From positions 2,664 to 66,663 of the forward strand of contig JAQVYX010000002.1 of assembly GCA_029004715.1 (NCBI GenBank): DNA of 64,000 nucleotides. Direction: 5' to 3'. A model generated the notes under the pieces. That model was not told the origin of the DNA and did no database searches. It saw nothing but the letters and a program-made list of their open reading frames with translations. Positions 9,130 through 18,553 of this stretch are shown one piece after another (positions within the stretch are counted from its first letter, which is position 1; each line of letters opens with the position of its first letter). Position numbers and translations under genes: made by a program. This DNA is from Acidaminococcaceae bacterium. Lineage in GTDB: Bacteria > Bacillota > Negativicutes > Acidaminococcales > Acidaminococcaceae.

Positions 9130-11475
9130 CTACTTCCATTTTTTACTTATTTCCAAAGCTGTTGTATTCATAAGATTTTTTAATACTTGCTTCTTTTCTC
9201 TATATTCATCTTTCATTTTACAATAAGTTGGTGAATTAACCAAATCATTATGTGCTGAAGACTTAAAGGTAATTTGGCCATTTACCAAATTAATAAAATT
9301 TAATTCCGCAAATATTGCTAAAATGCGTTCAGTAAAGAAACATTCTCTAGTTTTTTCATAATCAAGCAACACATTTGTTTTGACAACACTCTGTGTTTTT
9401 ATCAATTTTATTAGATACTTATAGTTAGCCCGCATAACATTTTTTTCGGGGTAAAGTTTGCTTAATTCTTGTTCAGCCGCCAGTACCTCTTTGTTATTAT
9501 AAAGCAAATAAAGCGCTGCATTAACATTCCCCTCCAGCGGGAAATTATCATTTGCCAAAACATCTATACTTGGCAAATCATAAAAAATTACATTTTTAAT
9601 ATTAGGTTCTACTACTTTAGAGCCGTAACTACAAACTTGAAAATTGCCCTTTACACTTAATTGGTCAATGGCCTTTATATTACTTACATATATTACAGTT
9701 TTTTCGCCTGTTTGTAAAATACTTTTTACCGTTTGCTTTTTACTTATATTATTATGGCGCATATCTATAATATGACGAAAAGGTTTAAATGCCACTAGGT
9801 GTAAATCTACCGTTTCTACTCCTTGAAAAACATTGCACTTTGGCACAAAGGCAAAATCGCCTTTTTCTCCCACATAATAATGTGAAAAATTCTCTCCTTC
9901 GTTCCAAACAACTGCTTTATACTGGTTTTGGGCATAATTAAGAAATAGTTTAAGATGATTTTTTTCACGACCCATAGTATAAAAATTAGTCAAGGTAGCG
10001 GCGGCAAAAGCAAATATAGGAAAAGAGTTTTCTGCTCCGCAAGGCTCTAGTAAAGCCAAATCATTAATAGTTTTTATGGTTATTTTTTTATCAAAAGGAA
10101 CAAAGTAATCAGGCATAACTCTAGGCACATAGCCACCCTCAGGCAGCATAGCTTTAACCTTAGCTATAAAAGCCTCTTTAAACTTTGTAATATCAGATTT
10201 TTTCAAAGTAAGACCTGCAGCCTGATGGTGTCCACCAAACTGCAACAAATATTCTTTGCAACCTTCTAAGGCAGCATAAAGGTTAAGTGGAGGTATACTC
10301 CGGCAAGAACCCTTAGCATTTTCTCCATCCATAGTAATTAAAATCGCCGGCAAATTATATTTATCAACTAGTCTAGAAGCCACTATACCTACAACACCGG
10401 CATGCCAATCATCTTTGGCTAAAACAATAGCATGTTTTATATGTTCTTCTTGCCTTAGCATTGCTTCTGCTTCAGCAAAAATTTTTTTACTAATACTTTG
10501 CCTAATAATATTTTCTTCATTGAGTTTTTGCGCAATCTCTTCCGCTCTTACTTGATCATCAGTAGTCAATAGTTCTACTGCACTCATGGCGTGCTCCAGC
10601 CTACCAACGGCATTAAGCCTTGGAGCAATGACAAAACCTATTGTTTCACCTGTAATATTTTTCCCGGCCACACCTGCAACTTTCATAAGTTCCATAAGGC
10701 CTTTACTTTTAGTGTGCGTAATACGTTTGAGGCCTCTACGTACTAACTCTCTATTTTCTCCAATTAAAGGAACAATATCCGCTACAGTACCCATAGCAAC
10801 AAATTCTATTTTATCAGTCCATAACTCTTTTTCCTGTGTTAACTTTTGATATATTCCTTGGCATAATTTAAAGGTTACACCTACCCCGGCTAATTTTTTA
10901 AAAGGATATGGGCAGTCTTTTTGTTGCGGATTTATAATAGCGTATGCTGCCGGAAGCTCCTCAGGAGGCATATGATGGTCGGTAATAATTATATCCATTT
11001 TCTCTGCTACAGCAGCTACTTCTTTGTTACCGCTAACTCCACAATCCACAGTAATAAGCAACCTTGTACCCCTAGAAAAGAGTTTTTGTAAGGCATCAAT
11101 ATTCAGCCCATAGCCTTCATCTTTACGATTAGGAATATAAACATCCACCAATGCTCCTTGCTCTTTGAGGAACATATACAAGAGTGAACTGGCTGTAATG
11201 CCATCTACATCATAGTCACCATAAACTGTTATTTTTTCTTTATTTTGGATAGCCTCTAAAATACGGCCTACCGCTTTAGACATATCTTTTAAAAGAAATG
11301 GGTCATGAAAAGGTTCTTCGCTGCCATATAAAAATTCTTGTATTTCCTCAACCTCTGTCATATTTCTATTTAATAGCACACCTGTAACTAGCGGTGAAAT
11401 ATTTAATTGTACCGCTAATTCTTCAGCTCTATCCCAATTATAGTTTTCCTTACGTATAATTTCTCTTTTTAGCAT
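9130..11475 (-). CDS. recJ: Single-stranded-DNA-specific exonuclease RecJ
   Basis: DHH motifs (YGDYDVDGITAS, IITDHH) and DHHA1 motif FGGHHQAAG; start at ATG 11473-11475 after GGGAG. Confidence 0.93.
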   Translation of the reverse strand: MLKREIIRKENYNWDRAEELAVQLNISPLVTGVLLNRNMTEVEEIQEFLYGSEEPFHDPFLLKDMSKAVGRILEAIQNKEKITVYGDYDVDGITASSLLYMFLKEQGALVDVYIPNRKDEGYGLNIDALQKLFSRGTRLLITVDCGVSGNKEVAAVAEKMDIIITDHHMPPEELPAAYAIINPQQKDCPYPFKKLAGVGVTFKLCQGIYQKLTQEKELWTDKIEFVAMGTVADIVPLIGENRELVRRGLKRITHTKSKGLMELMKVAGVAGKNITGETIGFVIAPRLNAVGRLEHAMSAVELLTTDDQVRAEEIAQKLNEENIIRQSISKKIFAEAEAMLRQEEHIKHAIVLAKDDWHAGVVGIVASRLVDKYNLPAILITMDGENAKGSCRSIPPLNLYAALEGCKEYLLQFGGHHQAAGLTLKKSDITKFKEAFIAKVKAMLPEGGYVPRVMPDYFVPFDKKITIKTINDLALLEPCGAENSFPIFAFAAATLTNFYTMGREKNHLKLFLNYAQNQYKAVVWNEGENFSHYYVGEKGDFAFVPKCNVFQGVETVDLHLVAFKPFRHIIDMRHNNISKKQTVKSILQTGEKTVIYVSNIKAIDQLSVKGNFQVCSYGSKVVEPNIKNVIFYDLPSIDVLANDNFPLEGNVNAALYLLYNNKEVLAAEQELSKLYPEKNVMRANYKYLIKLIKTQSVVKTNVLLDYEKTRECFFTERILAIFAELNFINLVNGQITFKSSAHNDLVNSPTYCKMKDEYREKKQVLKNLMNTTALEISKKWK

Positions 11476-11500
11476 ATAATCTCCCATTCAGCGCAAAGCC

Positions 11501-11540
11501 AAAAACACGCTGCCACTAAACTACTTTTAGTGGCAGGTGT
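11501..11540 (-). terminator. Rho-independent terminator after the DUF1049 gene
   Basis: 15-bp stem acacctgccactaaa/tttagtggcag(c)gtgt followed by T5 on the minus strand. Confidence 0.7.
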
Positions 11541-11562
11541 TTTCGTATACAATAAAGCTTAT

Positions 11563-11958
11563 TTATTTCCCAGAATCAAAAGTGGGAATATTCTCAGACT
11601 TAGGTGCCTCTTTAAACGTAGTAGCAACCATAGCCGGTTGATCTTTACCCTTTGTCTCTAGGCGTTGCTTTTGAGTGTACATAAGCATTTCAATTTTTTC
11701 TTGCAGCTTATTTTTTTCATCTTCTAAGTTCACTATTTGCTCTTGTAACTTACGATCGCGCAAATAATGTTGAGCCTTCAACTTCAAACCCCAACAAAGA
11801 GCAATAAACAACCCGGCAATTAAAGAACTCAAAATAACCATGACCAAACTGGTTTGAAAATTCCAAGCCAAAAATGTTACTGCTACCGCCACAGAATTTT
11901 GCACAGCAAATAAAGCTACTCCTAAGCTAACTATACACATTAAAATAACATAAATCAT
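11563..11958 (-). CDS. LapA-domain (DUF1049) small membrane protein with a coiled-coil tail
   Basis: 131 aa; two N-terminal TM helices (VALFAVQNS.., LSSLIAGLFIALCWGL) followed by a charged helical region QEQIVNLEDEKNKLQEKIE. Confidence 0.65.
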   Translation of the reverse strand: MIYVILMCIVSLGVALFAVQNSVAVAVTFLAWNFQTSLVMVILSSLIAGLFIALCWGLKLKAQHYLRDRKLQEQIVNLEDEKNKLQEKIEMLMYTQKQRLETKGKDQPAMVATTFKEAPKSENIPTFDSGK

Positions 11959-12005
11959 AGTTTCACCCCACCTATTCTCTCATTTTTATGTATTAAATAT
12001 ACCAC

Positions 12006-12041
12006 AAAAAAAGCAGCTCTGCACTAAAATATACAGAGCTG
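12006..12041 (-). terminator. Rho-independent terminator after the sulfatase-family gene
   Basis: 8-bp GC-rich stem cagctctg/cagagctg followed by T7 on the minus strand. Confidence 0.6.
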
Positions 12042-12054
12042 TTAGAATATCATG

Positions 12055-13998
12055 CTATTCAATAGCGTTACCTTTCTTTATCCGCCAGACGCTAATCTCT
12101 CTGGCAGCAGTAGAAAATGTTGTTACTTCTTTTTTAGTTTTGTCCGACAGTTGTGCTTTTTCCAAGGAATTCAACTGTCCCATCTGCAAACCATATCCCC
12201 ATAGTCTATGATTAAAGCTAATGGGAAAATCTGCAAATAAACTTGGTAAAATGCTGCTATAGCGGTACCCTTTAGGAGCTAATATTTCTATCAAAGTAGG
12301 AATAATCTGCATATGACTTCCCGTTGCATTTTTCGCAAACCAATCCTCACAAACTCCCTGACCATAAAAAATACAGGGAATAGACGAAAGTGCCTGTAGG
12401 TCCTCTTCTTTGGCAAAATTAAAACGTTCCGCATGGTCACCGGTTACTACAAATAAGGTGTCTGGGTATTTCTTCTGTGTACTCTCAATGAAATTGCCCA
12501 TAGTATGATCCGCGTACCAAATGTGTCCCAACTGATCAATAGTTTCTTTATCTTTACTTATACTAGCCGGCAGTTTAGACAAAACCTTGCTACGTTGAAA
12601 TCCTTTGCTATCAACATCTAAACCAAAAGGTGGGTGATTACTAGTAGTCAAAATAAAATTAAAGGTTTTGGTGCTACTATGAACTGACATGTACTTACTA
12701 ATATGGGCAAATAAGTCTTCATCAGGTATGCCCCAAGCATTAGCATGAGTTTCCGTCATATCTTCTGCTCCATAAAATTCATCAAACCCCTGTGCTCGAG
12801 CAAATTTTTCAATATCTTGCCAGCTACTAAATCCGCCATACCAAAAAATAGTTTTATAACCCAATTTCTTCATAGCATTACCAATACCGGTAGCATAGTG
12901 GTGTTTATATGTTTCATTCTCATAATTCTCGTATATTCCCTCTCCAGCTAAACCAGAGAGCAATCCTTTAAGTGAAGTCATCGTGCCATTGCCATTAGCT
13001 AAAAAGTTAGGTATATAAGCAGCTTCGCCGGAATGTAATAATCCCCTGCCCTTGTTTACTAAGCCTAAATCTTTATAACGATCTAAAAAAGGCCACAATG
13101 CATAATTTTCACCGAAAACAACTACAACCTGTCGTGGTTGCTTGTCTAAATATCCGCCCTTAGCTGTACGCAAAAAGCTTGTTTCAATAGTGGTAGCCTT
13201 AGTATTACCACCAAGTATTTTTATATCTTTCTTTAACTTGGCAAGTGTAATACTGTTAACTTGTGTTGAATTTTCTATGCGCTGCAACATAGTCCATGTA
13301 CGATATAAGGCTTGTCCATCATCTAAAATTGCTTCATTGAGTAAATTAGACTTCATTCTTGCTGCGTTTTCCCAATAAATTGAGGTCGCAAAACTATACC
13401 CACCACCAAAACGCACTACATACATAAAGGGAACTAAAATTATTACTGCTAATGTAACGGCTAGTTTCTTATGTATTTTGGGCTTCCATGTAGGCATTCC
13501 TAAAATTTTATACAAAATGCAGCTTAAAATAAAAGTAACAATAACTACTCCCAATAACCTTGGATAAAGTTGATACTGTTTAACAGCTGTTATATAAATA
13601 GCATGCCAATCATCTTCAACACCATTAAAAAGCATGAGATTATAACCGGAATTGAAAATTTTATAATAAGGAATACGAGCAAAAAACGCCAAAGTTATAA
13701 GAAAAATACAAAGCCCATGCCATAACTTACGTAGCAAGTCTGCCGGCCAAGTTTTAAAGAAAATATAGGGAATAGTTGCAAATAATGCGCCTATAAGTGT
13801 AAGCATGCCTGCCGTTTTTAATGAAATTCGCAGACCATACCAACAGGTCATAATTAATTCATTCTCAGTTACATTTACAAGTTGGTAACTAAAGACATAG
13901 AGAAACACAATACGATATAGCATGAATAATATATTTAGATAAATAAAAGCCCTAATATCTTTTTGTAAAGCTTGCAAAAATTTCATCTTTCGCCTCAT
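12055..13998 (-). CDS. LTA synthase / phosphoglycerol-transferase family protein (membrane-anchored sulfatase superfamily)
   Basis: 647 aa; N-terminal polytopic domain of about 5 TM helices, then an alkaline-phosphatase/sulfatase-type domain (VVVFGENYA, LTTSNHPPF, VVTGDHAERF). Confidence 0.8.
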   Translation of the reverse strand: MRRKMKFLQALQKDIRAFIYLNILFMLYRIVFLYVFSYQLVNVTENELIMTCWYGLRISLKTAGMLTLIGALFATIPYIFFKTWPADLLRKLWHGLCIFLITLAFFARIPYYKIFNSGYNLMLFNGVEDDWHAIYITAVKQYQLYPRLLGVVIVTFILSCILYKILGMPTWKPKIHKKLAVTLAVIILVPFMYVVRFGGGYSFATSIYWENAARMKSNLLNEAILDDGQALYRTWTMLQRIENSTQVNSITLAKLKKDIKILGGNTKATTIETSFLRTAKGGYLDKQPRQVVVVFGENYALWPFLDRYKDLGLVNKGRGLLHSGEAAYIPNFLANGNGTMTSLKGLLSGLAGEGIYENYENETYKHHYATGIGNAMKKLGYKTIFWYGGFSSWQDIEKFARAQGFDEFYGAEDMTETHANAWGIPDEDLFAHISKYMSVHSSTKTFNFILTTSNHPPFGLDVDSKGFQRSKVLSKLPASISKDKETIDQLGHIWYADHTMGNFIESTQKKYPDTLFVVTGDHAERFNFAKEEDLQALSSIPCIFYGQGVCEDWFAKNATGSHMQIIPTLIEILAPKGYRYSSILPSLFADFPISFNHRLWGYGLQMGQLNSLEKAQLSDKTKKEVTTFSTAAREISVWRIKKGNAIE

Positions 13999-14046
13999 AA
14001 AACAAAATGCCCTGCAAAAAGTATGCAGAGCCTTTTGTTTAATATT

Positions 14047-15180
14047 TTAATATAAAATTTTATTAGCAATTACTAAACGTTGGATTTGATTTGTTCCTTC
14101 GTAAATTTGCATGATTTTTGCATCACGCATTTTTTTCTCTACAGGATATTCTTTAGAATATCCGTAGCCACCCATAATTTGCACTGCATCAGTAGTAACC
14201 TGCATTGCCACGTCACCTGCATAGCATTTACTCATGGCCGCCTCTTTGGAGAATTCCAAACCTTGGTCACGCAACCAACAGGCCTTGTAAACTAATAGTC
14301 TAGCTGTTTCAACTTTCATTGCCATATCAGCAATCATAGCTTGCACCATTTGGAAGGAAGCAATAGGTTGTCCAAATTGTCTTCTTTCCTTAGCATACTT
14401 AGCTGCAATATCAAGGGCAGATTGCGCCAACCCTACAGAAACTGCCGCCACAAAAGGTCTAGCAGAATCCAATGTATTCATAGCAATGCGGAAACCCTCA
14501 CCTTCGCGGCCAACGCGAGCTGATTCAGGCACAACCACATCTTGTAAAATTAATTCACAAGTGTTGGAAGGTCTTATCCCCATTTTGTCTTCTTTTTTAC
14601 CAATACTAAAACCCGGAGTATTTCTCGGTACAACAAACGCTGTTAAACCGCGTATGCCTCCTGATTTACGTGTGTTAGCAAAAATCAAATAAGTATCGGC
14701 CAACCCACCGTTAGTAATAAAAATCTTATTTCCATTTAGCGTGTAGTGATCACCATCTTTAACTGCCTTTGTAGCAACACCACCAGCATCTGAACCAGCA
14801 CCAGGTTCAGTCAAAGCAAACGCAGCCAAACCACCAGAATTCAGTAGGTCACAAAGTGTCTTCTTTTGCTCATCGTTGCCCTTTAGCAATACAGGATAAG
14901 ACGCCAAAGAATTAGCAGCTATAGAAGTAGCTATCCCGGCACAGCCCTTACCTAGTTCCTCATAAATCATGGCAACAGTGACGCTGTCAAGTCCCGGACC
15001 GCCATATTCTTCGGGAACAATAACATTAAGCAAACCCATATCAGCAGCCTTTTTAAATAACTCAGGAGTGGCCGCATTATTACGATCCATTTCCTCCGCA
15101 AAAGGTGTGATCTCCTTCTCTACAAACTCTTTAACCATTTCTCTTAATTCTTCTTGTTCTTCAGTAAATGCAAACTCCAT
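14047..15180 (-). CDS. Acyl-CoA dehydrogenase (short-chain/butyryl-CoA dehydrogenase-like)
   Basis: 377 aa; ACAD fold signatures (ALTEPGAGSD, QIYEGTNQIQRLVIA with the catalytic Glu); strong SD AAGGAGG. Confidence 0.92.
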   Translation of the reverse strand: MEFAFTEEQEELREMVKEFVEKEITPFAEEMDRNNAATPELFKKAADMGLLNVIVPEEYGGPGLDSVTVAMIYEELGKGCAGIATSIAANSLASYPVLLKGNDEQKKTLCDLLNSGGLAAFALTEPGAGSDAGGVATKAVKDGDHYTLNGNKIFITNGGLADTYLIFANTRKSGGIRGLTAFVVPRNTPGFSIGKKEDKMGIRPSNTCELILQDVVVPESARVGREGEGFRIAMNTLDSARPFVAAVSVGLAQSALDIAAKYAKERRQFGQPIASFQMVQAMIADMAMKVETARLLVYKACWLRDQGLEFSKEAAMSKCYAGDVAMQVTTDAVQIMGGYGYSKEYPVEKKMRDAKIMQIYEGTNQIQRLVIANKILY

Positions 15181-15278
15181 ATGGTCCTCCTTGATTTAGG
15201 GTAAACCCTTTTATATTTTTTATAAAGTGAGAAAAGTGAGAGAGGAAATTTTCTCGCCCAAAAACATCGCGTTTAATT

Positions 15279-15716
15279 CTACCATTTTTGGGGAATTTCG
15301 TCAAAAGTTCCTATGTTGAGCATTGTACCAATAACTTCAGCCAAATTATCGCCCTCTTCATTAAACATTGTAACTTTGACTACCAAAGTAGTCCTGCCAT
15401 GATGAACAACTTTAGCTTTAGCGATTAAGCGATTGCCGGCATGCATATTTTTAATTAGATTCATGGTAAAAGCAACAGTAACAACACGCACACCTAAGGT
15501 CGCACAAGCAACTCCAAAAGCAGTATCAGCCAACGCGCCAAAGACTCCTCCGTGTATAACGCCATACAAATTAGTATGTTTCTCCTTTTCAATCATAATG
15601 CTTAATTGTGCTTCGCCACAGGTAACTGCATCTATTTTTTGATCAGTCAAATTAACAAAAGCATTAGTAGAATAAACTTTGCGAATATAAGCAAGGACAT
15701 CTATCAATTTCTTCAC
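15279..15716 (-). CDS. PaaI-family hotdog-fold thioesterase
   Basis: 145 aa; motif NLYGVIHGGVFGALADTAFG, typical of PaaI/YigI thioesterases. Confidence 0.85.
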   Translation of the reverse strand: MKKLIDVLAYIRKVYSTNAFVNLTDQKIDAVTCGEAQLSIMIEKEKHTNLYGVIHGGVFGALADTAFGVACATLGVRVVTVAFTMNLIKNMHAGNRLIAKAKVVHHGRTTLVVKVTMFNEEGDNLAEVIGTMLNIGTFDEIPQKW

Positions 15717-15773
15717 TCCCAGATATTTATAGCATATAATGCCATAATTTTTTTTGCGTATCTTATCTCTCAG

Positions 15774-16364
15774 TTATATTTTATAAACTTTAACGCTCCT
15801 TCTCCCAAAACGTAATGCTTCGGCACGAGAATCGAAGGCAATGTCAATAATATTTCCTTTAATTGCTCCACCTTGGTCATCTGCTATAGCCCTTCCATAT
15901 CCAAGTATGTACAACTTAGTACCCAAGGGAATTATCCTAGGGTCAACAGCCACGACCCCCTTTTTTAGTACGCTCCCTGTGCTGGTACTGCCACTACACC
16001 CCGGATCTTCCGGTGAATAGGCTGTAGCCTCCATCGTCCAAGTTTTTTTTACCTTGCTTAAATCCAACCTACTTTTATATATCAATAATTTGTATAAGTA
16101 TTTATCTACTATTCCTGTTGGTGCTCTCCTTACGCTTTTTTGAAACGTTTTAACAGCTTGTTCTGTTTGCTGTCCAAAATCTCCGTCTTGAGCACCATAA
16201 TATACTCCAACCTCTGAAAGCATCGCTTGTATTTGCTCTACCTGTTCACCGGAACTCCCCAGTTTAGCAGCTACATTATACGCATGAAGTTCAGAAGGCA
16301 AACTGCATAATATAAAAATGAAAATCAGCAGGTATTGCCATTTTAGCCTGCAAGTAAAATTCAT
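15774..16364 (-). CDS. Secreted peptidoglycan-binding / 3D-domain protein (cell-wall remodelling)
   Basis: Signal peptide; PG_binding_1-like segment GSSGEQVEQIQAMLSEVGVYYGAQDGDFGQQTEQAVKTFQ; C-terminal 3D domain (EATAYSP, VAVDPRIIPLGT, DDQGGAIKGN.IDI). Start set to ATG 16362-16364. Confidence 0.8.
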   Translation of the reverse strand: MNFTCRLKWQYLLIFIFILCSLPSELHAYNVAAKLGSSGEQVEQIQAMLSEVGVYYGAQDGDFGQQTEQAVKTFQKSVRRAPTGIVDKYLYKLLIYKSRLDLSKVKKTWTMEATAYSPEDPGCSGSTSTGSVLKKGVVAVDPRIIPLGTKLYILGYGRAIADDQGGAIKGNIIDIAFDSRAEALRFGRRSVKVYKI

Positions 16365-16514
16365 AGAAAACAAACCTTTCCTCTCAAACTCTTCTATAGC
16401 TCAAAAACATAAGAATTAACAAGATTTATTTTAGCATATTTTGACTTATTAGTCATTATAAAATATATTTTCCTGCTATTTTAGGGTAGAGAGTAATTCC
16501 ACTTTATTGATTAG

Positions 16515-16554
16515 AACAAAACAAAGGATTACCCTAAAAAGGGAAATCCTTTGT
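16515..16554 (-). terminator. Terminator hairpin after the glutamine-synthetase-family gene
   Basis: 14-bp stem acaaaggatt(a/t)ccc, followed by TTTGTT on the minus strand. Confidence 0.6.
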
Positions 16555-16557
16555 TTG

Positions 16558-18465
16558 TTATAATATGTTGTTAGAATAATCGTGATATAGGTGTTTTAAC
16601 TCTGCCATTTTTTCCTGCATAGCAACTTGCAAAGCAGACGCCATAGCAAAGTCTCCTGACACAATAGCTTTACGAATTTGTGTGAAAATACTAAAATCTT
16701 CGGTTGTATCTTTGGCCAAGGCAATACGCAATTTTTGTATTTCATTCCACAAAGAATCATCCCAAGCCAATTGCGGATTTCCCTCTTGATGTAATTGTTT
16801 CATACTTACAACTAACTCATGATTTTCAGGAATTAAGCGATTAAGCAATTCTGTTTGCCATCTGATTAATGCTCCTTGAGAAAAAGAACTAATAAATGCC
16901 GGTTTTAAAACATTACCCTCGGTAAGTACCGCTGTTTTTTGAGGAAATTTTGCAAAGGCCTGCATGTTTTCCCAAACAGTTGCCGGAGGTACACCAAATA
17001 ATTTGCTACGTGTATCCGAATTGAAGTCATCAAATACATCTTCTTCTGTACGGTATTCACGATCTTTTTCCAAATAAAAGCCTTTTTCTCCATATTTTTT
17101 AGATAATTCTGCCTCTAGTGCCTTAAGATCTTTGCCTACTTCTATGCAAGCTTTAATGCCATCTAACATCGTCAGATAAAAAACAGTTAGTGCTAAATAA
17201 GTATTAGTGAAAGGATTGGGTGAGCGCATCTCAATACGAGTAGCCATGGGATTATCTATATCTCTAACTAACCCAGCTAAAATAGTCCTGTTGCGGGACG
17301 GGACACTGGGTGTGTGCCCTAAAGACGTAACGATGCAAATCGGCGCCTCAAATCCTGGTTTTAAACGATTAAGAGAATCATTGGTGGACGAAACAAAAGG
17401 ATTTAAAACCTCATAGTTTTTTAAAAGCCCCATGATAGAGCCATAACCAACAGCAGATAAAAAATCTTGAGTTAAATCTGACGGCGACATAAGATTTACA
17501 ATCTTCCCATCTTTCATTTTAGCAGCTAAGCCTACATGTATATGTTCTCCACTACCAGCCACACCAAGAATTGGTTTTGCCTGAAAACTTACCTCCAACC
17601 CATTCATGCGGAAAACTTCTTTGACTATAATTCTTGCCAGTAGTTCATTATCAGCAGTTTGTACTCCGGAAGCATACTTCCAATCTATTTCTAGTTGCTC
17701 CATAACATGTGTCATATGACCTTTTGCGTCCATTTGACCACGGACTCCACCACATTCTTTGTGACCCATTTCCGGTTTCAAACCATAAGCCTCTAACGTT
17801 TGCAATGCTTGTTCTAAAGCCGTTCTTACATTTCCGCGTGTACGTTGCCAATACTGCTCTTGCATCATTTGAGAAGAAGATAAGGCTTCAATAGGAGCGT
17901 CTTCGAGTGGAGATTTTACCCAAAATTCTAATTCTGTAGCACAAGTAAAAATTATGTCTTCCACATCAGTTAATTTTATGTGCTCAAGTCCATGAACACC
18001 ATCGTTATTTTTTAATAAAATTAGCATTTCTTGCTTAACATAGTTTAAGGCATTTTTCAAAATATAGCGTGAATCCACAAACACATTATTATGTAGTAAA
18101 AAACAAGGGATACGTAAAGTACCAACCATTAATCCGTTAGCCGGATCAAAATGTTCATAATTATAATCTATAAACCAATTTGCATCAAGATCAGCAATCA
18201 TATCGACACGTGCATTGTTTAAAGACGCAATACCTGGCAGTACTACCGAAGAACCATCAGTTTGTGCAGCATGGGCATAAAGAATAGTTTCTATATCTTC
18301 AATAAATAAAGAAACAGGAACTTTTTCATCTGTGTCATTACCGGCAAAATCAATTCCCATAAAAGACACAAATTTTATTTCCGGGTGCTGCTCCAAAATA
18401 GCCAACAAGTCCTCCTTGTTATGTTGAGCAGGCTCGATGGTATAAAGCAATTCTTTTTGGTACAT
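16558..18465 (-). CDS. Glutamine synthetase family protein, atypical 635-aa form (type III-like)
   Basis: GS catalytic-domain motifs: TELEFW, GHKECGGV, KPILGVAGSGEHIHVGL, NRTILAGLVRD...RIEMRSPNP. Longer than GS-I and shorter than classical GS-III. Confidence 0.75.
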   Translation of the reverse strand: MYQKELLYTIEPAQHNKEDLLAILEQHPEIKFVSFMGIDFAGNDTDEKVPVSLFIEDIETILYAHAAQTDGSSVVLPGIASLNNARVDMIADLDANWFIDYNYEHFDPANGLMVGTLRIPCFLLHNNVFVDSRYILKNALNYVKQEMLILLKNNDGVHGLEHIKLTDVEDIIFTCATELEFWVKSPLEDAPIEALSSSQMMQEQYWQRTRGNVRTALEQALQTLEAYGLKPEMGHKECGGVRGQMDAKGHMTHVMEQLEIDWKYASGVQTADNELLARIIVKEVFRMNGLEVSFQAKPILGVAGSGEHIHVGLAAKMKDGKIVNLMSPSDLTQDFLSAVGYGSIMGLLKNYEVLNPFVSSTNDSLNRLKPGFEAPICIVTSLGHTPSVPSRNRTILAGLVRDIDNPMATRIEMRSPNPFTNTYLALTVFYLTMLDGIKACIEVGKDLKALEAELSKKYGEKGFYLEKDREYRTEEDVFDDFNSDTRSKLFGVPPATVWENMQAFAKFPQKTAVLTEGNVLKPAFISSFSQGALIRWQTELLNRLIPENHELVVSMKQLHQEGNPQLAWDDSLWNEIQKLRIALAKDTTEDFSIFTQIRKAIVSGDFAMASALQVAMQEKMAELKHLYHDYSNNIL

Positions 18466-18481
18466 AATAATCTCTCCCTTG

Positions 18482-18510
18482 GTGGATGCATATGCTATCC
18501 ACTGTTTTTT
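18482..18510 (+). terminator. Terminator-like hairpin oriented for the plus strand, in the GS gene leader
   Basis: gtggatgc-atat-gc(t)atccac followed by tgTTTTTTa on the plus strand only; on the minus strand it abuts the GS SD GGGAGAG. Confidence 0.4.
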
Positions 18511-18553
18511 ATCTTCAAGAACCAGTCATGAATCTTACCTATTAGCAAAAAAA

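Noticed and set aside
11563-11958. Using the LapA-domain protein as evidence for an outer membrane or LPS (a diderm Negativicute)
   Set aside because: DUF1049/LapA-type small membrane proteins also occur in monoderm Firmicutes, and an LTA-synthase-family gene lies next door. The cell-envelope type cannot be inferred from this window.
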